From: Oikopleura dioica
Taxonomy: Eukaryota; Animalia; Chordata
Length of the DNA: 64,000 nucleotides
Assembly: GCA_907165135.1 (NCBI GenBank)
Contig: OU015567.1
Coordinates: forward strand, 5,642,001-5,706,000
Direction: 5' to 3'
The position numbers were made by a program, and so were the translations under genes. The notes under the pieces were generated by a model. The model did no database searches. It was not told the origin of the DNA and was given only the letters and a program-made list of their open reading frames with translations. Positions 48,104-61,100 of this stretch are shown here, in pieces; within the stretch, counting starts at the first letter, position 1; each line of letters begins with the position of its first letter.

Positions 48104-50967
48104 CATTATTCCTGTTCGCGCAAAACAATTGTTGCCCAACCGACTCTAGGCGGACCAAAAGCAGGGTTAGATCTCGGACGTCAATTTGCAACGAGAGAAT
48201 TCAGGAAAGAAATTACCTTCACAAATTACGGAAGAAGACATCATGCGCTCATTTGGTTTGTAGCCGGTTACGAGCGACTTTCGCAAAGAGACATCAACGA
48301 GAGAAGGGCTTATGAAGAGCGGAAAAGATCAAAAGATGTAAAATTCAAAAGCGCACCTGACTTGCCTCCACCACCACAGAGCATTTTCGAGCTGTCAAAA
48401 ATGGACTTTGAGTTGGAACCCGGACAAAGTATCAAAGTCAAGCTTTTAGGTTTATCGCCGGAACCTGGAACAGTCCGAGAGACACTCCAATGCCACGCTG
48501 TTATCGGTCGGAAAAAAGGTCGAGAGAGAATCTTCAGCATTCCAATTCACTGTCAATTCATCGAACCAGTCCTTCTTATTTCCCACAAGAAACTAGAATT
48601 CAGATTCGATAAGGATACTAAAGACGAGCTTCAGGATGTTGAAGGATCAACAGAAATTACAAATAGTGGAGATGTCGATTTACGATTTGATCTCAAAACT
48701 GTTTCGCCATTTTATGTTGGAAAAGTCGGTGAGAAATGTATCAGTCACGTTTTATTCCCTGGCCAAACAGTAGAAGTCAACGTCGTTTTCCATACTGGCT
48801 TCCAGAAGCATTACAGATCTTCAAAAACGATTTCTCAGCTTCTCATCGATTACAAAGATCATCCAAGTCAGGATGTCGTCGAGCTTGTTGGCGAACTAAA
48901 CTTTCCGAACATCGAGTTCAATCACGCGGACATCAATTTTGGCCCGATCAGAAACGGAGCTGAAAAGGCAGCAGTTGTTACAATGTCGAATAAATCGCCA
49001 ATGACGACAGAGTATCGCTGGTGGTTCGAGATTGAGGATGAGTTAGGAGTTTTCTCAAAGCGAAAAGAACAGCAGGACGCTCTTGTTCGATCTGCATCTG
49101 GGCTTGGTACAAGTGCGCCCTCTCGTGAAGCCACGAATACTGATGGAACAGAACCTGAGCTTGCTGATTTAGCCAGAGATTTACCCGGTATCGACGATGT
49201 TTTCGACATTCGTCCAATTTTCGGCAAACTGGAGCCTGGGGAGCAAATTCAAACAACAATTCTATTCAATGGTCATCAAGACATCAACGCTCTCTGCAGA
49301 GCTGTTTGTGAAGTGGACGGCGGGCCACAGTACGAGTTGAACATTGCTGGAGCTTCTGCTGATGTGAGATACAGTGTGTCAAGCGAGACGATAAAATTTA
49401 GAGAAGTGATGTTCGACAGTTTGGCGGAGAGACAATTCACGCTCAAGAATACTTCTTTTGTTCCTTTTGATTTCTGTCTTTTGGGAGGAATAAAAGATTT
49501 GTCAGCAATCAATCACGAGTTTTTCATATCTCCATTTCATGGTCATCATCTTGGATCCTTAAGGGTCCTTAAGATTACGATAATTTATCTTCCTGGTTTC
49601 CCGCACAACTTTGAGAAAGCATTTTCTCTTATTGTTGCGAATTTTCTTCCGGCTGAGATGAAAATTTCTGGAAATGCAGTCTTCCCAAGAATATCCCTTG
49701 ATTTGCCTAGAAAAGGAGGAGACGAAGATCTTTCTGCTATCATCGATAATATTCGTGGAGATATGGAGAAGGAGCGGCCGGATATTTCCGAGCGTGAAAT
49801 CGAACTAGAAGCAGAAAGACTCATCATTTCGGCAAAAGCCCAAGATATGCCTGTCCATGAACTGATGATCTACCAAAAACGACCGCCTTTCTATTTGGCA
49901 GACTATGAGCTTGATCTTGGACCGGTGATTCTCGGTGATGTTCGAAAAGCACTGATTAGAATCGATAATTTCGGAGACATCCCTGTTGCTTTTGCACCAG
50001 ATGTACGAGAGTTGGATAATTTTGGCTTCTTTTGTGAAGTCTCTAGAATTGGGAAAATGGCGCCGGGTCATACTGTCTCAGTAGAAATCACCTTTGATCT
50101 GTTGACTTACCAGTCGGTCAAGTCGGTCCAGTATGTGTTCCTATTCAAATCGAGCGAGGACCTGTTGTGAATCTTCATATCAAAGCTTTGGTTACTATGC
50201 TGAGACTTTTTGCTACTCTCGATAAACAAAACACTCCAGAGCCGAGAATCAACGTTGATTTTGGCGAGGTAGAATGTGGTCGCGTAGAAGTCGTGACTGT
50301 GCAACTCTACTATGAGCTACAGGTTGAGTCATCCTGGAAATAGCAAAAGTACAAAGACAAGAGATTCTTCATTGATCCTCGACTTCCATTGCACCAGAAA
50401 AAGGCATTGAAAGAAGCTCAAAAGCCTCTCCCGCGAATATTTCAAGTAATACCAGAAGAAGGCGTTCTAGCACCGGGAGAACGATCTACAGTTCAGGTGG
50501 AATTCATGCCGACAGAAGAAAGCACTTTCGAAGAAAATCTTCTCATCTTTGTTGAAAACTCGACCCAACGAATGGAATTTAACGTCTCTGGCTCTGGGGT
50601 TTGTCCAAGTCTCATTTTCTCCAAATCACCGATTGAGCTCGGTCCAATTATGCCTGATTCTGCGGGAGCAACAGAGATATTCAGTATCAAAAATAACTCG
50701 AAAGTCGAGGTAGAATTTTACTCGTTGGACTTTGATGAGAAATATTTGAAAGAAGAAGAGATGATAAGAAATTTGGCCGAGAAGTATTTCAATGCATTCC
50801 AAAAAGTAAGAATGCCGACTCGAAGACCCGGTCAGAGCTTACCCTTTATCGAATACATCAAGGAAGAGACTCCTCCTTCCGTTTCAGAAGACGACGAATT
50901 GATCAAAACTGAGCCTAAGGACCCTCTCGAGCTCGCGTTGGAAAAACATTCTGGAATCGATAATTCG

Positions 50968-51382
50968 GGGGGTACTGAATAGCGCCGCCTTGCGCCGCCC
51001 TGCGCCGCCCGGTTCGGTACAAACCGGGTCTCGTCTGACCAAATCCTGACCAAACTAAATGATCGGAAAAAGAGCGAGAGCTGGGCCCCGCCAACCCAAT
51101 GAGTTCTCTACCAGAAAATGCGCGCGTAAGGGCCTCTGGCCCGTCGCGTGCTTAATAAATTGGTGATTTTATGCCAAAATATGGAGATAATTTAGACTCC
51201 CGCTAATTTCACCCTAAATTATTAGTTTTCTTTTTTCTAGTGGTCAGACTATTCAAATATACAAGAATAAACGTTCTGATAAGAAAACAGAAAATAATCA
51301 TCATTGAAACGCCGAAAATCTTCGAGAAGAAAAATTTTAAGCAGGACTGGGCGGCGCAGGGCGGCGCTATTAAGTGACTCCC
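50968..51382. mobile_element. 415-bp TIR element with 9-bp TSD (GATAATTCG) in a HYDIN exon
   Basis: Ends GGGGGTACTGAATAGCGCCGCC / GGCGGCGCTATTAAGTGACTCCC. TSD at 50959-50967 and 51383-51391. Removal restores GIDNSPEGLAARNR. Confidence 0.9.
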
Positions 51383-51986
51383 GATAATTCGCCAGAAGGT
51401 CTTGCTGCACGAAATCGACTTGGTTTCGGTGGAATTATGTGGGGAGCTCCGTTCAGTGGCAAGTCAACTTTGGCAAAGCAAATGTCTGAAAATACGATAC
51501 TGTTGTTGTAACCATCGATGAGATACTCGCGAGTGCCGTTCAATCACCTAAATCAGCTGCGAGCAAAACAGCTCGCGAAAAGTGCGAAGAAGAGTCAAGA
51601 AGATTGGAACAGGAAAAAATGAATGCATTGGAATCAGAAAATACGACAAAGGAAGCTCCTGCATTGAGAGATGATGCATCTGTGATGACTATGAGAACCG
51701 GCGTCACTCAGAATACAAGCAAGCCATCAAAAAGAGGAGGGAAGGTCAAGAATATCCCGGAAGTCCAAAGCCTTCTGACCCAGAAAAACATCGAGCGTCT
51801 CGAAAGCGAACTTACCGACGCTGCAGAAGCCAACCGCCCACTGGTCTCAACAGTTTTACCAGTCGATCTCGCCGCTGAAATCATCTCAGAAAAACTTCAA
51901 GAAAAAGAGTTCTATAAAGGAGTTATATTCGATGGAATAGAGTCGAGTTTTCTGACAAAGCTCAAGGATAGCATAGAAGTTTTGCT

Positions 51987-52237
51987 GGCCACCGGGTACT
52001 CCCAGTACCAATTTTGGCAAGGCAAAATTTTAGTCAGCCAGGAACGCCCGCTCTGCGGGTTCTGTGGTAAGAAACTCACTGATTAGGCCAAGATATAGTT
52101 CTATTTACCCGCTTACTATTGTTCCAACTGAAATATTTTGTTAAAATATCACTCGAAAAGCCGAAATTGGTACTCCCAGTACCAAAATTGGTACTGGCAG
52201 TACCAAAAAGCTTTGGTACTGCGAGTCCCCGACGCCC
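51987..52237. mobile_element. About 250-bp TIR element with 8-9-bp TSD (GTTTTGCT[G]) in a HYDIN exon
   Basis: Ends GGCCACCGGGTACTCCCAGTACC / GGTACTGCGAGTCCCCGACGCCC, with internal GGTACT..CAGTACC hairpins. Removal restores IEVLLKALNNRKH. Confidence 0.85.
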
Positions 52238-53097
52238 GTTTTGCTGAAAGCACTTAACAATCGAAAACATCTTCGGGTGTTTCACTTGCCACTCACCATG
52301 GCAGATTACCTGGAAAGGGTTGAAAAAGCAAAGCGCAAAGCAGAAGAGGAAGAAGCAGAACGGGTCAGGATAGAGATGGAAATGATCAGAGATATGACCG
52401 AGGACGAGTACGATGCTTTGCCAGAAGAAGAAAAACAGCGAATTGACAATATTCGGTAAATAAAACGAATATTTTCAGGTGGTTTATTTTCAGACTTGCT
52501 TAAAAGAAAGAACGCATAGCTGAGGAAAAAAGAATTGCAGAAAAAAAGCGAGAAGAAGCCGAACGACTTCCTGAACTACAAGCAGAAAGCGCGAAGAAAA
52601 AAGGGAAGGGCTCAAAATCGCATCTCAATAAGAGCGACTCGACGAAATCTTCAGGTAAAAATAGAAATGATATTTCGATGAAAAATTGGAATTCTAACTT
52701 TAGCTCCGCGAGCTCGCTTAAATAGCCGACAAAGTAAGGAAAACCTAAACTTGCGTCGGTGGCGGAGGAATCCTCTAGCCACCGACGACATCGCTCTGAG
52801 ACGGAAGTGGAGCGTAGCTCAGAGAGCGCAACGCGTGGCACACTCGCCCGGGGCCAATCCACCCGCTCGCTATTCAGTGATACGCGCGCGCCATCTACTG
52901 GTGAACTTTTAATAGTTGCCATGAAAGAATATTTTTTAAAATTCGAATCAAAAATATTTCTGGAAGAAAATTTAATGAATTTTCTTGTTCAGCTGTTTTT
53001 AGAAATAGCCATTTTGTTTTTTTAGATGAGGCCCCATCTGGGAAGAAGGAGAAAAGTAAATGGAGTCAAATTAAAACAGCGGTGGCTATTGCCGAGC

Positions 53098-53250
53098 TTG
53101 GTACTTTTAGCCCACTAGAAAAAAACAACAATATACTTTTCTCATTATATATTTTGACTAACCCCATATTCGCTTCTAACGATATTGCGAACGGTTTCAA
53201 AATGCTAACTAAAAATTCAGGTCGAGTAACTGATGATCAGCCGGGACTTA
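53098..53250. mobile_element. 153-bp insertion flanked by 7-bp direct repeat GCCGAGC
   Basis: Direct repeats at 53091-53097 and 53251-53257. Removal gives in-frame AIAEPQVQWEKT. No convincing TIR. Confidence 0.55.
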
Positions 53251-56200
53251 GCCGAGCCTCAAGTTCAATGGGAAAAAACAGGTGCAGTGATAGTCATCAA
53301 ATTAAATTGCCAGTGTGAAACATTCACTAATACTTTTCAACAACACTGCACCACCACCAACACGGGATCGCGTTCTCTCTCGAGCCGAGAGTGTTGCTTC
53401 ATCCCGGCATCTTGGGTAACCGATGCATGAGAAATTATGACATTCATGATTTTTATGATTCACTGATTTAAAAATTTCATTGAAATTTTCTAATGAGCCT
53501 TTTTCATAAGGTAGCAACCGTCTTGCCCACTTTGCCGTTCTGTAAAAATTCATGTTTAACTCTGATTTAGACGGAGAAAAGGCAGAAAAATCTCAGAACA
53601 AACTGGTCTTCCTGAACAATCACCAGCTGAAAAACTTATTGCGTTCCGCTTTTTCAATGCTGCTGAAACGCAACTTGAGCCGAGTGATAAAGTAGAGTGG
53701 ATATTGAAATACTGGAATATGGTCGAACAAGATGTTATCTCACAAGTAAAACAGACTCAGGAAGATGAGTCGCCGAAGAAAGCGAAATCAAGAATGAAAC
53801 CTGAAGAAATAAAAGCCTAGGAAGAGAGAATTGCGGCAGAGATTGAGAACGAATTGAAAAAGGAAGAAGTCGGCGTGATAATGATCGAAATTGAAGCTGA
53901 GTGCGAGCCCCTTTCGCTCGAAAAAATCTACGACCAGCTACCAACTGTTGAAGAAGTAGACGACGATCTCGGTCTTGGAGTGAACGGACCACCGATTCCT
54001 GAGCCAATCGAATTCTCGGTCGTTCCAAAGCCGCAAAAACGCCACCCGCCTTATCACGACAAGCAAAAGTTCTTTAATCTAATTGCTTTGAATCAAGACG
54101 ATCCAAATATCAACTCAGATGATCGTATTCAAGAATCACTGACAGAATAAGTAATGACAGAAGCAAGTGACAAACCATCAAGCAGCTCGAAGAAAAATCG
54201 AGGTAAAGGAAGAAGCTCCAGCAATGCGAGCAGAGCAGAAACAGATCGGCCAACTCGATCGCCACTTCCGGAAGCAGAAACGCAACCAGAAGACAAATTT
54301 TATCGGCTGCAGGATTATCGTTGGGTCCTAACAGCCAGGCAAAGAAGTGACGCTTAAGGGTCAAGTTCGACTGTAACAAAGTTGGAACCATCGATTGAGA
54401 ACTCTCATTCGAAACAGTCAGCACACGACAGGTTTTTAAAATAGCAGTCCGCGGAGTTTGCGTTTTCCCAGACATTATCAGAGATATCAAGAAAATCTTC
54501 ATGCCACCCAAGCCAGTCGAAAGTCCAGATGGAATTATCAGCCCTATCGGGACTCTTGTCGAAAAGAAAAAGAAAACAATCGTCAAATTTGAACCTGCGC
54601 TCATTGGGAAGATGGAATCAAAGGAAAAAGATTCTGGCGCTGCTAAATTCAAAATTGTGAACTCTGGTCCCATTGAAGCTGAAGTTACATTTGCCATGAA
54701 AAAAGGAGACTCCGTTTTTACACTTGAACCGTTCAACATGAATCTGGCGCCGTTTGAGAAGAAGATTTTGACAATAAATGCTTTCCCGAAATCTTCTGGA
54801 ACTCATGATGACGCTCTTATCGTCTGACAACCCTGTTCCTGCGATTTTCCCCGTTCAAGTAACGAGAGTTCGCCCAGAAGTTCAAATATCATGGAATGGC
54901 GAAGGAAAACCAATTAACTTTGGAAAAGTGATGCTCCATCGTCTGTCGAGTTAGATTTTGCATTTGTTCAATCCAACTGATCTCCCAATAAACTGGAGAA
55001 TAGAAGGCCTGGATAACCTGGGCGACGAATTCTCGCGAAATTGCGATTCGGGAACTATCAATCCGAAGGAAACCTTTGATTTCATTCTTGATTTCAGAGC
55101 GCTCAAAGCTCAGAACCACAAGCGAAACATACGCCTTGTCGTGAGCGATACTGACAATATCATCGGCGACTGTCAATCCGAAAGGATACCAGTTTTTGCA
55201 GAAGCTTACGATGTAGCTATAGACATGAGCTTTCCAAAGGGCTGCGATGGCGGGCTAGAATTCGGCACAAACAAGGTTCATGATGAGATGAAGCAAGTTT
55301 GAACGTTGAAAAATCGCGGGCGATATGAAATTTCGTTCAAATTTACTCTCGAAGATCATCTTTTCAACAGCGAGCTGTCGCGCTTTTTCAAAATCATGCT
55401 TCAGCAGGGCTGTTTATTGCCCAACGATAGGCCGATGCAAGTAAACATCGTTTTCAACCCACCAGAAGAGTTCCACCTGGCTAACCTACCAATCATTAAA
55501 TGTCACGTGATAGAAGCAGTAATCGGCGAAACCATCGCTGCAATTCCGATCAAGGTTTCAGCTCGATCAGTGTTTTCTCAATATGTGATCACGCCTTCCA
55601 AAGATGTCGATTTCGGCCCAGTTCCGTATGGAAATCATAAACGAAGCTTTGAAATTGAAAATCATCGAGAATTTGATTTCAAGTTCGCTATTTCGAAGCT
55701 GGTTAAACCTGGCTCTCCACCAAAGTCAGAGCGGCCGAAGAGAACCAAAGATTCGCGCCAGATCTTTGCTCAGTCGAGAAGACCTGGTCAACTGATTAGA
55801 GAGCAGACGCAAGTAATGAAACTCGCTCATGGGCCTTTTATTATCTCACCTGGCTATGGAAATGTTCCTGTCGGAGAATCAATCGTCATCAATGTTGACT
55901 GCAATGTAGAGGCATCGAAGAAATTCGAAGAATTCATCGCTATTGAAATCGCAGACAGAGAAGTCCGTAAAAGCCGGCAGGAATCAACTATAAATTGATT
56001 GCTGAAGGATGCCAGCCAGTTATTGACACAAAGAATAATGAAGCGATCTTTGAAGAACACAGAATTCTTCATTCAATCGAAGAAGCTATTCATTTGCTAC
56101 TTTTTGACTTGCAATGTGGCATCTACGGCCAGATGGAGAGTCAGTTCAACTTTCCGTTTTCGACAGTCGGCGTTCCGAATTCCGTTCGCTTCAAGATCCT

Positions 56201-58084
56201 CAACCCTTCGAAACTGCCATGCAAATTCGTCGCTTCCGTAAAACCACTTATTCCAAAAAACAGACAACGGGTTTCAGACAGCTTCGAATTTGACCCTCCA
56301 CGCGGTCAAATAACTCCGCATGAATGTGTTTTTGTAACAATAACAGTCAAGCCAAAAGCAATTGGTGAATACTGCGCCCTATTCGAAGCGGCTGTCGAAG
56401 GCGCACCAAAAGCTAAGCCGTTGGTTTTTACGATGAAGGCTGAAGCTTACTTGCCAAGAGTAGAACTTGTCCATCCTGCCGCAAACCCTACCGATGGTAT
56501 GAGACGACTGTATTTTCGAAATGCAATGATTGGAGAAATGACTTCAACAAAGATTCAGCTTCGAAACACTAATAGGCTCCCAGCAAGGGCGAGGTTGGCA
56601 ATTTCAGACTCACCCGCGTTCAAAATAATGGACAAAGAAGAAATCATCAATGAAAGAACTGATGTTTGTCTAAATCAAGGAGAGACGGAGATTCTTGAAG
56701 TGTTCTTCTGTCCTGCTGATATTGGCAACTTCGAAGCTGAGCTAACCATGAAAATCATCAACAACGACTTTGAAATCAGCGAAGCTCTGCTTTTCGGTGA
56801 GTGTATTCAACCTGACGTTATGTTGACAAATCTCCCGTCATTGCCTACTAATCTTGTCGGAAAATACTCCAAAGCTGCTCTTGATTTTGGTGGAATCGCT
56901 ATAAACGAAACGCAACGAAAGAGCTTTACGATATCGAATAATCTCAATGCTGCAGTCCGATTTGAATGGGATGAGCATCTAGCGATTTCGTTCGAGCCCT
57001 CTGTTGGACATATTCCGGCTAAGTCGACTATTGACATTCTCGTCGCTCTGCAATCATCGGAAACGATCGAACTTGACGGCGATGTTGTGGAATGCACGAT
57101 TTTACCAATTATTTACGAGGAAGAAAGCAGTTCAGTTCAATGGGATGACCGGCTCAAAATAATAAAATGGATCGATGGCAAAAACGCATCAGGAGGGCGA
57201 ACCAAAGAAAAGGTTATTGAAACAGAAGAAGAACCAAAATATGAAACAAATGGAGATGCTCGCGCTTTGCCAATTTATGTTTCTGGAATCGTCGATTATT
57301 CCCCCCTCACGTCATAATGTGCCCGGCAAATGAGCTCGGGTGACGACACGTTTAGGATTATTAGGCGCGGGATAAGTCTTTCTAACTCTAATATCAGGTT
57401 ATTTCCATTCTGCCATCTCTCCTTGTCACAGCAACAGAAAGTGCTTCAGCAGAATCGATGACTGAATTGCTTGAAAACAGCAGCGGCAAAAACAAACGAC
57501 TTTACGAAATGCTCATGTACGCCGGTCTTCAGAGCAGCATGGAACCAGCCGGAGATGCGGAACATACAACTGACTTTTCCCGATTCGCTGCCATCATGAA
57601 CTTCATTCGAGTGAGTTCTTGAAACATTAATTTGTCAAAGACATCCAAATAGTCATTGTCGTTCATTTTCCTTTCGAACACAAATTTAGAGCAGAAAATT
57701 TCCACCTTAAAAGATTCAAACGCTCACCCCGAGTACTACAAACAGACCGTTGAAAATGACTACAAGGTTCAGCAGCCTCATCAAGGATTCAGCCCAGGTA
57801 CTTTAAATACTTTCATCTTATTTCAAAGACGTTATTGTTCGAGGAGTTTATTTTCATCCTTCAAAGTACTCTCTCACTCGCCCAAGATCCGATCATTCCC
57901 TACTTGTACATGAAAGATTCTGACAACCACGAAAACTGCGCACTTATTTGATGGCCCGTTTGCTAAACCCAGAGCTCTTCCAGAACAACGGAAATAATAT
58001 GTCCACGGCTTTGGCACTCCTTCAATAATATCTTGTTCTTATTACTGTTGTCTCGCTACCTCAAACTTTCGCCCAATAAATTAT

Positions 58085-58110
58085 AGAAAGAAAGAAAGAA
58101 AGAAAGAAAA
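58085..58110 (+). repeat. (AGAA)n microsatellite
   Basis: agaaagaaagaaagaaagaaagaaaa just before the satellite. Confidence 0.9.
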
Positions 58111-58145
58111 TCATTTGAAAATTTATTGATCTCAATTTAAAGAAG

Positions 58146-61100
58146 AGTGGTAAGAATTTTACGAGGTTAGGGTTATCATTAAGTTGAAGCTTAGGTTATG
58201 CTTTCAGAGGGTCCAAGTTAGTTTAAAAGCGTGGGCGCGTGGCTAGGGTTATCATTAAGTTGAGAGGAGGCGTCAAGTGGTAAGAATTTTACGAAGGGGG
58301 TTCTCATTAAGTTGAGAGTAAAACCGGTTTCTGCCGGTTTGTGATTAGGGTAAGGAATTTGGATAAGGTTCAAGATAGTTTGAGAGTATTTTAGGCGTCA
58401 AGTTTAGGCGTCCAAGTTAGTTTAAAAGCGTGGGCGCGTGGCTAGGGTTATCATTAAGTTGAGAGGAGGCGTCAAGTGGTAAGAATTTTACGAAGGGGTT
58501 CTCATTAAGTTGAGAGTAAAACCGGTTTCTGCCGGTTTGTGATTAGGGTAAGGAATTTGGATAAGGTTCAAGATAGTTTGAGAGTATTTTAGGCGTCAAG
58601 TGGTAAGAATTTTACGAGGTTAGGGTTATCATTAAGTTGAAGCTTAGGTTATGCTTTCAGAGGGTCCAAGTTAGTTTAAAAGCGTGGGCGCGTGGCTAGG
58701 GTTATCATTAAGTTGAGAGGAGGCGTCAAGTGGTAAGAATTTTACGAAGGGGTTCTCATTAAGTTGAGAGTAAAACCGGTTTCTGCCGGTTTGTGATTAG
58801 GGTAAGGAATTTGGATAAGGTTCAAGATAGTTTGAGAGTATTTTAGGCGTCAAGTGGTAAGAATTTTACGAGGTTAGGGTTATCATTAAGTTGAAGCTTA
58901 GGTTATGCTTTCAGAGGGTCCAAGTTAGTTTAAAAGCGTGGGCGCGTGGCTAGGGTTATCATTAAGTTGAGAGGAGGCGTCAAGTGGTAAGAATTTTACG
59001 AAGGGGGTTCTCATTAAGTTGAGAGTAAAACCGGTTTCTGCCGGTTTGTGATTAGGGTAAGGAATTTGGATAAGGTTCAAGATAGTTTGAGAGTATTTTA
59101 GGCGTCAAGTGGTAAGAATTTTACGAGGTTAGGGTTATCATTAAGTTGAAGCTTAGGTTATGCTTTCAGAGGGTCCAAGTTAGTTTAAAAGCGTGGGCGC
59201 GTGGCTAGGGTTATCATTAAGTTGAGAGGAGGCGTCAAGTGGTAAGAATTTTACGAAGGGGTTCTCATTAAGTTGAGAGTAAAACCGGTTTCTGCCGGTT
59301 TGTGATTAGGGTAAGGAATTTGGATAAGGTTCAAGATAGTTTGAGAGTATTTTAGGCGTCAAGTGGTAAGAATTTTACGAGGTTAGGGTTATCATTAAGT
59401 TGAAGCTTAGGTTATGCTTTCAGAGGGTCCAAGTTAGTTTAAAAGCGTGGGCGCGTGGCTAGGGTTATCATTAAGTTGAGAGGAGGCGTCAAGTGGTAAG
59501 AATTTTACGAAGGGGTTCTCATTAAGTTGAGAGTAAAACCGGTTTCTGCCGGTTTGTGATTAGGGTAAGGAATTTGGATAAGGTTCAAGATAGTTTGAGA
59601 GTATTTTAGGCGTCAAGTGGTAAGAATTTTACGAGGTTAGGGTTATCATTAAGTTGAAGCTTAGGTTATGCTTTCAGAGGGTCCAAGTTAGTTTAAAAGC
59701 GTGGGCGCGTGGCTAGGGTTATCATTAAGTTGAGAGGAGGCGTCAAGTGGTAAGAATTTTACGAAGGGGTTCTCATTAAGTTGAGAGTAAAACCGGTTTC
59801 TGCCGGTTTGTGATTAGGGTAAGGAATTTGGATAAGGTTCAAGATAGTTTGAGAGTATTTTAGGCGTCAAGTGGTAAGAATTTTACGAGGTTAGGGTTAT
59901 CATTAAGTTGAAGCTTAGGTTATGCTTTCAGAGGGTCCAAGTTAGTTTAAAAGCGTGGGCGCGTGGCTAGGGTTATCATTAAGTTGAGAGGAGGCGTCAA
60001 GTGGTAAGAATTTTACGAAGGGGTTCTCATTAAGTTGAGAGTAAAACCGGTTTCTGCCGGTTTGTGATTAGGGTAAGGAATTTGGATAAGGTTCAAGATA
60101 GTTTGAGAGTATTTTAGGCGTCAAGTGGTAAGAATTTTACGAGGTTAGGGTTATCATTAAGTTGAAGCTTAGGTTATGCTTTCAGAGGGTCCAAGTTAGT
60201 TTAAAAGCGTGGGCGCGTGGCTAGGGTTATCATTAAGTTGAGAGGAGGCGTCAAGTGGTAAGAATTTTACGAAGGGGTTCTCATTAAGTTGAGAGTAAAA
60301 CCGGTTTCTGCCGGTTTGTGATTAGGGTAAGGAATTTGGATAAGGTTCAAGATAGTTTGAGAGTATTTTAGGCGTCAAGTGGTAAGAATTTTACGAGGTT
60401 AGGGTTATCATTAAGTTGAAGCTTAGGTTATGCTTTCAGAGGGTCCAAGTTAGTTTAAAAGCGTGGGCGCGTGGCTAGGGTTATCATTAAGTTGAGAGGA
60501 GGCGTCAAGTGGTAAGAATTTTACGAAGGGGTTCTCATTAAGTTGAGAGTAAAACCGGTTTCTGCCGGTTTGTGATTAGGGTAAGGAATTTGGATAAGGT
60601 TCAAGATAGTTTGAGAGTATTTTAGGCGTCAAGTGGTAAGAATTTTACGAGGTTAGGGTTATCATTAAGTTGAAGCTTAGGTTATGCTTTCAGAGGGTCC
60701 AAGTTAGTTTAAAAGCGTGGGCGCGTGGCTAGGGTTATCATTAAGTTGAGAGGAGGCGTCAAGTGGTAAGAATTTTACGAAGGGGGTTCTCATTAAGTTG
60801 AGAGTAAAACCGGTTTCTGCCGGTTTGTGATTAGGGTAAGGAATTTGGATAAGGTTCAAGATAGTTTGAGAGTATTTTAGGCGTCAAGTGGTAAGAATTT
60901 TACGAGGTTAGGGTTATCATTAAGTTGAAGCTTAGGTTATGCTTTCAGAGGGTCCAAGTTAGTTTAAAAGCGTGGGCGCGTGGCTAGGGTTATCATTAAG
61001 TTGAGAGGAGGCGTCAAGTGGTAAGAATTTTACGAAGGGGTTCTCATTAAGTTGAGAGTAAAACCGGTTTCTGCCGGTTTGTGATTAGGGTAAGGAATTT

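Larger units (their letters stand above)
45030..57300 (+). pseudogene. HYDIN: HYDIN (axonemal central-pair protein) pseudogene, 3'-truncated
   Basis: VVAPRNP, PQIVELLELG, DLDQTIFQPYPS, EREKFIIPIK..GAR, repeated ASH/Ig-like modules, the GAPFSGKS adenylate-kinase-like region, VDDDLGLG..GPPIPEP and VQWDDRLK..KW. In-frame stops lie at 50341, 52501, 53818, 54148, 54396 and 55300, with several frameshifts and four insertions in exons. Similarity ends at about 57300. Confidence 0.93.

Noticed and set aside
52500-55176. Minus-strand ORFs 52500-52922, 54110-54739 and 54889-55176
   Set aside because: Antisense to HYDIN coding segments; no independent motifs or splice signals.
31607-57300. Stop-codon reassignment or readthrough as the explanation for in-frame stops
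   Set aside because: TAA, TAG and TGA all occur, they replace different expected residues, and they co-occur with frameshifts, deletions and exonic transposon insertions. Intact genes in the window terminate with ordinary stops.
58260-58275. GAGAGGAGGCGTC in the satellite as a target of the nearby CTCF-like protein
   Set aside because: Only a loose resemblance to part of the CTCF core motif, and the protein's recognition helices have changed, so nothing in the sequence supports the link.
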